Assembly (NCBI GenBank): GCA_965644495.1
Contig: CBFFSA010000010.1
Coordinates: 124,001-188,000 of the forward strand
DNA length: 64,000 nt
Reading direction: 5' to 3'
Source: Perkinsela sp. CCAP 1560/9
Taxonomy: Eukaryota > Protista > Euglenozoa: Kinetoplastea
Under the pieces are notes generated by a model. The model made no database searches and was not told where the DNA came from. It was given only the letters and a program-made list of their open reading frames with translations. Made by a program: the position numbers and the translations under genes. Below, piece by piece: positions 43,798 to 54,041 of this stretch (position 1 is the stretch's first letter; every line of letters starts with the position of its first letter).

Positions 43798-44572
43798 CAG
43801 TCCAGGTATTGGTTTTCCCCACCCAGGCTCCAGAGCGCGCCGTAAGAGCTTTTGACCTAATTCCTTCGGCATTCGACAGATCTCGAAAAACTAGTGCGTT
43901 TCCCAAAGTTGCTTTGATTATCACCCCCCCTGGGTCCTAGGTGGGCGTGGTGAAAGTTGGCAAATTTCAAAAAAAAGAGTTTTTTTGAGAGGGGGAAAAA
44001 TGAAAAAAGTGTATAGATTCCTATATATTAGAACCTACAATGGTCTCCTTGAACGCTCCGCACAATTCGCAAGCGTTTAGGAACTGAATTTATGCAAATT
44101 AAGAATTCGCGTCCATAAGTATGACGCTTAAGCATCATAAAGGCTTTCTTTAGCGCCTTCCGGAGCTGTTTTTCAGTCTGGCAAATTTTCCTTAACAATT
44201 CGGTTAAGGCGTTCTGCGAGTGCACATCGTGACGTTTTATGGGTAATAGGGGGTATCTTGCTTTTCGTCGAGTTGTACTGGCCTTTAGTACTGGTCTTTA
44301 GTAGATTTGGCAGGAGTATCCCTCAAATTCATAGAATGAGAAACCATATTTGACTAAAAAACTCCCCAATTTTCGAAATATTGGAATTTTTTAGTAAACT
44401 TATGCTATTTTTTCGTGTTTTTTCTAAATATTTTTGACCCAGGGGGGGTGATAGGCACGCAAACGGCGGGAAACGCTCTAGTTTTTCGAGATCTGTTGAA
44501 TGCCGAAGGAATTAGGTCAAAAGCTCTTACGGTGTGCTCTGGAGCCTGGGGGGGATACCAGTACCTGGACTG
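43798..44572. mobile_element. MITE / non-autonomous Tc1-like element with ~140-bp imperfect TIRs
   Basis: 43798-43936 is the reverse complement of 44436-44572; CAGTCC..GGACTG ends; TA on the left. Confidence 0.8.
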
Positions 44573-44854
44573 CATACAGTCAGCAAAAAAACCGTTCGAA
44601 TGTTTCGGTTTTTCTTTTGTATAGAGCTATTGATTAAATATCACCGTTGCGTTGGTAATGTGTGCTAGTAGTGTAGGCATGAGTGTCACCTAATAGTACC
44701 CGTAGATAGTTCACCTCAGTTCGTTCTACCAAAGAAATAAGAATGAATATTAAAAAGTTTAGCATTCGAAAGATTTTTTTGCTACCTATTATAGAGAAAA
44801 TCTTGTCCCAAAAAATAGATGAAACGTAATCGCCCAAGAGAGATTATGCCCGTA

Positions 44855-45825
44855 AAATTAGTATTCCCCCCACGAGCCTTCAGCACTGCCTTCATACGGG
44901 CAGGCATACTGCCCACTTGGGCATGACATACTGAGGGTGGTATGTTCGCCCATTCCATTTTTACCCTCTCCCACAACTCTCGGACCCCGCTTGGTGGATC
45001 ATCGTGAGCTGCAAGGCGCCGCTTGAGTTCCCCCCCAAACGTTTTCGATTGGATTTAAGTCAGGGGACTGCGGGGGCCACCGCATGACTTCAAACCCGGT
45101 ACCCTGGAGGTGCCGTTGCGCACAATGGCTTGTGTGCTTGGGGTCATTATCTTGTTGGAAGATGACCTTTGGGGGGTCTAGACCCATAGTTTCGATGGAG
45201 GGGGCAAGATTCTCTTCAAGAATCTCGACGTACTGTGTGGCGTTCAGGTTCCCTTGAACTAGACGCACATGCCCCACGCCGCTTCGGGACATGCACGCCC
45301 AAATCATGATGTGCCCCCCTCCGTACTTTACCGTGGGAATTACCTCTTTTTCACCCAGTTCCTCCCCCGGGGTCCCCCATGTCCAAAGACTTCCCCCCGT
45401 TTCAAAGCGCGAGATCTTCGTCTCGTCCGACCATACAACTGGAGTCCAGTCGTGCACTGTCCAGTGCTCATGGGCCGTGGCAAAGTCCATCCGAAGCTTG
45501 CGATGGCGCTTGGACAGGTAGGGCTTGCGGACACGCTTTCTACCTTTGTGTCCGAAGCGGTGCATCGAAACTCGGATAGACTGAGGAACAACATCAGCAA
45601 CGCCCTCGCGGCGCAGCTGAGATGATACCTCTCGCGCAGAATTGCCGGAGAAAGCTTTCGAGGGCGTCCACCCTGCATCCTGAGAGTATCAGGCCTTTCT
45701 TTTTTTAATATCATTGAAATTGTTGAGATACTTAAATTTACTGTATCAGAGATGGACCTCATAGACACACCGCTGTCGTAGAGCTCTGCAATTTGTTTCT
45801 TTACGTAACGTGGTGTGGGCCTCAT
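44855..45825 (-). pseudogene. Tc1 DD34E transposase with two frameshifts
   Basis: HTH + GGRPRKLS; WSDETKI, FQQDNDPKH, WPPQSPDLNPIENVW; SMPARMKAVLKARGGNT. Confidence 0.9.
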
Positions 45826-46022
45826 ATAGAGTGCAAAACGTAACAGTGTAAGATAAACAATGTAATAGTGTAAGATAAACTCTATAACCTAAAATTCTTC
45901 TTACCTAAAATTCTTATTTTCTATGAGGCCCACACCACGTTACGTAAAGAAACAAATTGCAGAGCTCTACGACAGCGGTGTGTCTATGCGGTCCATCTCT
46001 GATACAGTAAATTTAAGGAAAT

Positions 46023-46751
46023 CTAGCGGATCATTTCGTGCAGCGTGGATTTTGCTAGTGGCGTGTTGTTATCGAAAAGGACCTCAATAGTGCTCGCCGT
46101 GGCATTAGGCATACCGCGTGCTCCGATTTCAAATATGAGCGCATAGCATGGGACATTTTGGCCCCCTCGCTTATGAATTAGTTGGTCATATTTGTGGCAC
46201 TTTCGCTGATTCGCTTGGTAGAAGTTCTCTTCCCAGGGCACTGTTAATTCAATTATATATTCGCATCCGTTTCTCAGGCGGACCCATCCGTCGGGGCGGA
46301 GCAGGGAATCATCGTTGGCTATCAGACCCTCCGTAGGTGTGAAGCTCCAGCAGGCCGTTCCGTCCTCCGACATGAAGGGGGTCCAGGCTCCTGCGAAGCA
46401 CTGGGCTATACCCAGGGCGTGACATAGGAAAAAGGGGATGTGTTCGCCTGGGAGATCAGACGGCGTCTCTATGTTTGCTCCTGCTCCCGATCCGTCGAAG
46501 ACCTTGACGTGGGGACCGTGGGAGGGGCCATGGTTTGGAGTGAGCAGAGAGGCCCAAATGCACGCGGCCTCTACCAAGTCCTCGTCGGTCTCCAGGTATG
46601 GCCCTCCCGGTTCGTGGGTCAGGCTTATGCGGTCGGGGGGGACCCCCAAAGTGAGTCCTACCGCTTGTCCCTGTAGAGAGTGTCTGGCAGGGACGGGGAC
46701 CTGGATGTGTCCGGCCAAGTGGGGTCCGAGGTGTAAGTTGACCCTAGTCAA
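46023..46751 (-). pseudogene. Internally deleted or chimeric non-LTR fragment: unknown domain fused to HERO-like RLE
   Basis: N-part is homologous to 60940-61390; C-part LLRPDGW..IIELTVPWEEN..FEIGARG is homologous to 30151-31095. Confidence 0.75.
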
Positions 46752-46774
46752 GATACAGTTTCTGTACCTTGTTG
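46750..46774 (+). other. Partial SL exon followed by GT
   Basis: AAGATACAGTTTCTGTACCTTGTTG-GTACAT. Confidence 0.75.
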
Positions 46775-47148
46775 GTACATTTTCCCTAACTCATCCTTTC
46801 TTTATCTTATTTTTTTAATAACTCGACACGCTTTGAATTACACCTTATATCTGCATATGCAGGAATATGTCATGACGGAATCTTTATTGGAATAATAGTG
46901 TAATATCACAGGACCTAGCCCTTCGTTCAAAGAATACTAATATGGGAAATAGAACTTAAACTCACTACCAACTCACGAATGGGATCGAAACGTTACATTT
47001 CAGCCGGGGTGGGATGGTGGGAAAAAATTTAAATGTTGGATGCGAAAAAGTGATGCTATAATCGCTGAAAAGTGCTTTGAAACCATTTAATGTATCATAA
47101 TATTATATTATGATATTATTACATCATAATATATTATACATTACAATA

Positions 47149-47908
47149 CAGGGGGGGGCCACGAAAACTGACAAGGTCCGCATTTTAGCGTCCTGAGGCA
47201 GTTTGAGCTGATTTTTGTTGCAAACGAGAGATCTCGTTCTGAATATCGTCTACGCTATTTAAAATACAAAAACGTTCGCCGGAAAACATTTCCAATGAGT
47301 TACAAAAGTGAAATTTTAAAGATTTTGCAAATTGAAAAACGGGTCTAAAAATCGTAATTTTTACGTACCACGGCCCAAAAAGTACCCAGAAAGTAGGTCT
47401 TAATAGCCAGTATTCCCACCTCCACGCTCACGTAGTATAGCGAGGCGCGTGGGAAGACTCTTTAGCGTATTCACATACGCCTCGTGACATTCGTTCAACA
47501 AATATTCCTTGGCCTTTGGAATAGCCGCTTGTAATTCTTTTCGATTCTGTGGACGGAGATGGCTGTGGATGTACTTATCCATCATGCTCCACAAATTCTC
47601 AATCAAATTTCGTGTGCGCAGACAATGCGCACAGGATATGAACACGACGGTTTAGTCTATTCCGTTTGCCCATAGTAAGGTAAAAAGAAGATAAAATAGC
47701 CTTTTTTACGTTTTTCGATACTTTTTGCAAAATATTTTGCCCAAAATTTCAATATTTTGTAAATATATATTTTTTTATTAGCAGAAACGGGCTCCAAATA
47801 GCGTAGACACGATATTCAGAACGAGATCTCTCGTTTGCAACAAAAATCAGCTCAAACGGCCTCAGGACGCTAAGATGCGGACCTTGTCAGTTTTCGTGGC
47901 CCCCCCTG
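47149..47908. mobile_element. Tc1 deletion derivative with ~112-bp TIRs and TA TSD
   Basis: TA-CAGGGGGGGGCCACGAAAACTGAC...GTCAGTTTTCGTGGCCCCCCCTG-TA; internal remnant NLIENLW..RERGGGNTGY (47400-47610). Confidence 0.9.
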
Positions 47909-48003
47909 TATGAGAATCACTATCGCATGCTAACATGATTCCCATATTGTCGAAATTCTATGGAAAGTATATTTTTTAATAACTTGACGTACTTTGAATT
48001 ATA

Positions 48004-49354
48004 AACCCCCCGTCACGATAAGTGACCATAAGCTAACTTTTGGTATATAAAGCCGTTTTAGCTAATTCTTGTTGCATTTTGCAGATCTCAGGCCCTAATA
48101 TCTTGGGGTCACACACTTGGTACAAATTCTGAACACCTACACCTAGGGGGGTCGCCTACCATTTTTTCACTTTTTCGCCATTTTTCTCAGTACAAGCTTT
48201 CAGTCGCTTATTGAAGCTAAGAACCATATGATCCATAACCTCAGTAGGAATCTTGCTCCATGCATTCTTTACGCAATGGATAAGTGATTCGGTATTAGAA
48301 GGCAATTGCTCATCAACAAGTTCTTGCATCATAGACCACACATTCTCTATGGGATTAAGGTCGGGTGAATTGGGGGGCCACGTTTCGATGAAGCTTATTC
48401 CTGAATTCAAAAGATACTGCTTAGTGGCCTTCGCTGTGTGAGCAGTGGCCCCATTTGTTGAAAAATACGGTTAGAAGGTAGTGTTACACTTTTGAGCGTT
48501 TCTACGTAGGTTTTACTATTTATATTCGAATCAGGAAGGATGCGCAAGCATTTCCACCCGACCCAAATCGCACACCAAACGTGACACTTTGGTGCCCAGC
48601 GTACTTTTTGTCTTGTGGATGTTTTTCCATTTGGGCGTACCCACTGATTTCGCCTTGAGTCATTGGTGTCAAAAATCTTTTCATCACCAAATATTACTTC
48701 TCCAGAGTGGCGCTTCCCTCTTAGCCATTTTTTACAAAACTTTACCCTTTTAATCATTTGTTTTTCAGATAAGCCTTGAGAAAGAGGACGCGCTTAGTAG
48801 TTCCATGCCAATTCTTTAATATCCCTTTGTACAGTTCTTCTCCCTGTTTTTATTCCTTTCCTAGCAAGTACAGCTACAATACGTCTGGAACTATTGTTCT
48901 TTGGTACCCCCCTTGCATCTGTATCCTGCAAGACATTTTCAATTTCACATCTTCGTTTTTTCACCTCCAGACTTTCAGATTTCGGGGTGGAAGTTTCATA
49001 AGTCACAATTGGTTCTGCCAAGTAAGATCTCACAGTTCGGCGACTAACATTAAATTCTTTTGCTAGTTTTCGCTTAGAAACACCGTCTTCGTGACGCAAA
49101 CGAAGTATAAGCTTCCCTGCTTGCGTCAAACCCCCTTTAGGTATGGAGAGTTTTCTCCATCTCATACAATTTTTTGTTTTTTTTTTTTCAAAAAATCGAT
49201 ATTTTCAATTTTTTATAAAATTTAGTTTCTCTAGGACAGAAAATAGCGGGAAACTGCAGAACGCGAAATTCTACACGAAAATATGGTATGCATACCCCCA
49301 TACCCCCCTCAACACAGATTTTAGCCTATGGTCACTTATTCGTGACGGGGGGTT
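48004..49354 (-). mobile_element. Complete Tc1/mariner element (1351 bp) with a disrupted transposase
   Basis: TIR AACCCCCCGTCACGA(A)TAAGTGACCATA(A/G)GCTAA, TA TSD. ORF pieces 48794-49165, 48407-48757, 48156-48410 (FGDEKIF, WPPNSPDLNPIENVW). Confidence 0.92.
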
Positions 49355-51539
49355 TATCTGCATATGCAGGAATATGTCATGATGGAATCTTTATTGGATA
49401 CCCAAAAATAGTGTAATATCACAGGACCAAGCCCTTCGTTCAAAGAATACTAATATGGGCAATAGAACTTACTACCAACTCACGAATGGGATCGAAACGT
49501 TACATTTCGGCCCACTCGCCAGTTAGCCCATACGCTATAGTTGAATACCTCGCTCGTTATAGGGCTAGTTATTGCGGTGCTCTCCACAATAACTAGCATC
49601 CTTTCTAACACAAGCTCGAAGTGCCCGCCTCAAGCCTGTGAAATATCCGAGCTGTCACCATTACAACTGACTGTATTTTTTATGTTAACTTTTGACATTC
49701 TTTCTCTTTTTCATTTGATCGTACCTTTGAGGTATTAAGACTTGGTCTTTTCTTTTACTGTAATTACTAACTTTACTACTTAAAGAGTAGTAATTACTAC
49801 TTTTTTTCCCTTAAGACTAGCTTAGACCAAATAGTGAATTATTGATCTTCCAGCTGTGTACAGGGGTGTGGCATTACTTGTGGGGCCTTTAGACAAGATG
49901 ATAGAAGCTTATACTACAATAATATTATCATATTTTGCGTCTTCACATGTAAATTTTGCGTACAATGTAGTAATTACTAAAGTTACTACTTTTTTGGTCA
50001 CTTACTTTTGGTCAAATTTAGTTCACATGTTAAACTTTGGAAGAGCTCTACTTTACAGAAACGGTATCTTCATCGTTGTGGAGACTGAATATCACCATCC
50101 TGCATTCATCTGAATATCTCAATACTATTCTCAACATTAATATCTCAATATTAATGTGTACTACAAAACATACTCCAAGACGTACGCTCGGATAAATAAA
50201 CTGATCAATTTGTAAACTTAGTCATTCTGTTCACATGGGGAAAAACAAAGCGACTGAATAGAGCCCACGAATAAAACGCACGTGAAAAAAGAAGCGAAAT
50301 TCGTAATAAGCACAATCGCACGCATAATTTAATTTTCTCCAGCTCCAAAAATTACATGTTCGCGCAAGTTCAAAGTCCGTCCTGCTTATCTCGCACAATG
50401 ATGCAAAAAGACAAAAAAAATGATGACTATTCAAAATCGGGGGTTCGCCGAAGTTCAAATTCCTTCGTACAGTTCACGCACAATAGAGTAATGCAATTGA
50501 GAGTTCTACAAAATCTGTAAATATATACGCTTCAACTTGGAGTCTAATTCTTTGCGAGCTACATGGTTAACAGGAACCCCATCTACCATGAGGTAGCGTA
50601 ACTTCATCAGATTTTCATCCGATATGCAGGAACGCAATGTCGTAATCAAGGCTTGGGACATTTCAATGCCATTGTAGCCTTTGTTCTTGGGGTGGTAAAT
50701 CGGGGAAGTACGAAGTGCTTACGCCCAACGTACAAAATTGCAATCAGGACATGCTCGTGTAATACGGTATCAACTCCGCCATCCACTGCCATGCCAAAAA
50801 AAGAACTTCGTATTCAGCAACGAACTTAAGAAAAGCATCCGTCGACAGTCTATGTTTCGCGGCAAGACGTGGCCAATCAATTTGTACAAACTGTTGGACT
50901 TGTGCTTTCTGTGATACTTGTGGGTCGGTGTCTCTGATTGCGCCTGTGCAAGTCTTTAAGTGCTTATACAATGCCTCAATTCTGCTGTGTGTTATAAACG
51001 AGCATTACGTTTATGGCCCAAGCTTCACATCCTTTTTAAGCGCATGTGAAGTCATATCTCTCATAAACCAAGATGTTTTGATTTCTGTGAGAACCGAACG
51101 ACAGGGGATCATTTCCAGTATTGCTTTTTCCTCTACGAGGGCGAGGAGAATCCTGGGTCAACGCATTTTCCGCGTTAACCGCTATTTGTGTTGGAGTGGT
51201 TTCCAGTCTCTCCATTACAGCGGCCGCGTTTTCTCGATGGGCTTGCGCAGTGGCGTTACTGCGTCTTCGAGTGTTCGGGGGAGAAGGGTACTCGATCCGA
51301 CTTGTCATTTATGTGAAAAAGTGATTGGAACTTAAAATAAGTTTAGAACTTCAATAATGAGGACGTCACATACATTGTACATTCTATTTTCTTCGCATAA
51401 ATATAGTAGTAATTACTAACCTGTTTACTACTTTTAGTAAGTACTAGTTTACTAGTCCAAACTATGGTATTCCCCCTTTCTTTGTAGTTTCTTTTTCTTA
51501 GATGGCGGAGGGCAACGGTACAGAGTTTTTTCAGGTACG

Positions 51540-51715
51540 TATTTTTCATTGCCTTCCTTCTGCGTCATACGTTTCACGAATTTCGCAACGTCGGCGTTGG
51601 GTCGCAACCTTTCCAAGTAGCTAAAGCCTCCATCATTTCTTTCAGGGAGTAACCAAAGTTGACTCACACTTTTTACTCTTGAGAGGGCTACGTATACCGA
51701 GGCATGGCATAACAT
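51540..51715 (-). pseudogene. PIF1/Helitron helicase C-terminal fragment
   Basis: VYVALSRVKS = PIF1 motif VI. Confidence 0.6.
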
Positions 51716-51884
51716 TCTGATGTGATAGCATGTTATAGTAAGCGGGTTAGATACTCCGTATCTCCCTCAATACCTGCAACCTGTACATGCCACTGTAAGT
51801 ATACACACATACTCCTCTATTCCATCCTTCCTCTCCTTTCCATCCCCTATTTCTTCCTTCCTTCCCTCCTCCCCTCCTTCCCCC

Positions 51885-54041
51885 ATGCCCCTCCTCCTCG
51901 CCGCCCTCCTCACCCCCTCCCAGGTCCTCCTCTCGCGGCAATTCCTCCCCCTCACCCGTCTCCGTGTGGAGACCCTCCTCTCCGCCTTCACCACCCACCT
52001 CTCCACCTCCCCCCGCACCTCCAACCTCCACGACGCCGTGGAGCACGGGGTACGCTACCTGTACCACCCCCTCGAGGAGGCCCTCTACCTCGTCCTGGTC
52101 TGTACCCTCTCATCAAGTACCACAGTGAATACTACCCATAGTAGTCGTCATAGTAGTCAGGGTACTGCTCTGAAGACTACTAGTAGTCAGGGTAGTACGC
52201 CTATGAATACTACAAGTAGTCAGGATATTCTTCAGACTACAAGTAGTCGTAAGGGTAGTACTACTATGAATACTATAAGTAGTAGTAACGGTACTCCTCT
52301 TCAGACTGCAAGCAGTGGTAGTAGTCGTGGTACTACTCCTATGCGTACTATGAATACTAGGAATAGTAGTCATCGTAGTCGTGGTACTACTCCTGTGAAT
52401 ACTATGAAGAGTCGCACGGGTAGTACGGTTACCACTACGACTACCAGCAGCACGGGTAACCTCCTCACGGACCTCTCCACGCTCCACACCCTGTCGAATC
52501 TGATTCCCCACGTCGTGCCGGTGAGTCGACTCACCCCCTCCGTGGTGGAGTCCCACGCCTTTGAGATTGTGTTTGCCATCGATGAGGTGGTGAGTGGGGG
52601 GGACGGGGGGGGGAGCAGTAGTGCGAGTAGTGCGAGTAGTGCTCTCACGCACACGGCTATGCGTACTGCGGGGAGTACGGAGAGCACTACCCAACACAAT
52701 ACTACCACTGCTACGAGTAGTGGTTCCTCTGTAGAGGAGATCCTAAAGGCGCTGGCGATGGTGTCCGACACCGAGGAGAGGGCAAGGGAGGTGGAGCGAC
52801 GCCAGGTGGAGAAGGCCACAGCGGTGGGACGGGAGAAGGCCAGGGAGATGATGGGAAAGAGGAGAGCAGCGCACCGGGCAGAGCAGGGGGGAGGGGGACC
52901 GGAGACGGTTCAAGAGTTTCGGAATGTTTCGGAGAGGGGGAGAGAGGAGAAGGTGGAGGAGCAGGAAAGGGGGGCGGATGAAAGATACACGGGGAGGAAC
53001 ATGGGGGAGGGGATGGGGAGTAGAGGAAGTGGGAAGAGGGGAGATGAGGGGGGTGTGGCGTTACATCAGGCAAGGCCACAGATCAGTACAATACAACGTG
53101 TGTCGACGAGCCAACCGGAGAGTCGAGCCAGTGTGCTGTCGCAGCAGTGGTTACGGGAGGATAGCGCGCGCTACCCTGTGGCGTATTCTCAAGAGAAGAG
53201 AACGATAGCCTCTCAAAGCGTTACGCGACCGCCGAACACGAATGCGACTTCCTCTTCCGTGGATGGCGCGACACAGTATGCGGAAAAGGGGTCAGACGGC
53301 AGCTCTTCTCCCTCGCTCCGGGTACAAGTACGAGAAAACCTTTCCTGGACCTTACCTCGCCAAGGGGGAGAAGGCACCGGTCACCGCACGGGATCCCTTA
53401 CCCTTCAACCCCTCACAGAGCTTAGCCGTCGCATTGTGCTGCATCTCGCCCCTCTGGACCCTGTCGGGATAAAAAATTTCCGTCCCCATGCCTTTTTCGA
53501 CAAAGCCGCCTTCACCACACACGCCGAGCTTGCGCTAAAAGACCCGCAACGTGGCCTCCCGCTCGGGCAGTCACTCGAGGTTCTACGATGGCATCTGGAG
53601 GGCTACGAGGCCTGTGCTCCCCCTCTGGTACTCACCCCATGGCCCACCCAGGGGGGTTTCACACTGGAATGTGAATTAAACCAGCCCATAAAATTATCAG
53701 AGATCACGATTAAAATTCCCTTATCTTCTGAGATCACAGTGCAGACTTCAAGTGTGAGTCTTGGGAAAATGAGTCGATCGGGGGAATTCGTGACTTGGGA
53801 GATTCCCGCGATGGATGGGGAAAATACAAAGGAGGGGGTGCTGGAAATAGCCTGGGAGACGGATCAGGGAGTAGAGGAGGAAGGGGAAGAGGGACGGTAC
53901 CCGATTTCCGTGACGTTTACCAGTGACCAGGAAACGTGGAGTGCGGTACGTGTGAGTGCTGTGCGTGGTGTGGGATCTGGTGATTCGGTGGCGTATGGGG
54001 TGGGGTATCGACTGAACACGGAGAAATATTGTGTGGAATAG
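51885..54041 (+). CDS. ARCN1: Coatomer subunit delta (delta-COP) with low-complexity insertions
   Basis: Longin N-terminus LLSRQF..RVETLLSAF..VRYLYHPLEEALYLVL..AFEIVFAIDEVV; C-terminal mu-homology domain (FRPHAFFDK..LKDPQRGLP..VLRW). Confidence 0.9.
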   Translation: MPLLLAALLTPSQVLLSRQFLPLTRLRVETLLSAFTTHLSTSPRTSNLHDAVEHGVRYLYHPLEEALYLVLVCTLSSSTTVNTTHSSRHSSQGTALKTTSSQGSTPMNTTSSQDILQTTSSRKGSTTMNTISSSNGTPLQTASSGSSRGTTPMRTMNTRNSSHRSRGTTPVNTMKSRTGSTVTTTTTSSTGNLLTDLSTLHTLSNLIPHVVPVSRLTPSVVESHAFEIVFAIDEVVSGGDGGGSSSASSASSALTHTAMRTAGSTESTTQHNTTTATSSGSSVEEILKALAMVSDTEERAREVERRQVEKATAVGREKAREMMGKRRAAHRAEQGGGGPETVQEFRNVSERGREEKVEEQERGADERYTGRNMGEGMGSRGSGKRGDEGGVALHQARPQISTIQRVSTSQPESRASVLSQQWLREDSARYPVAYSQEKRTIASQSVTRPPNTNATSSSVDGATQYAEKGSDGSSSPSLRVQVRENLSWTLPRQGGEGTGHRTGSLTLQPLTELSRRIVLHLAPLDPVGIKNFRPHAFFDKAAFTTHAELALKDPQRGLPLGQSLEVLRWHLEGYEACAPPLVLTPWPTQGGFTLECELNQPIKLSEITIKIPLSSEITVQTSSVSLGKMSRSGEFVTWEIPAMDGENTKEGVLEIAWETDQGVEEEGEEGRYPISVTFTSDQETWSAVRVSAVRGVGSGDSVAYGVGYRLNTEKYCVE

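Noticed and set aside
52098-52450. Cis-spliced intron explaining the delta-COP insert
   Set aside because: The GT..AG pairs I tested near the borders do not give a multiple of three, while the ORF reads through in frame.
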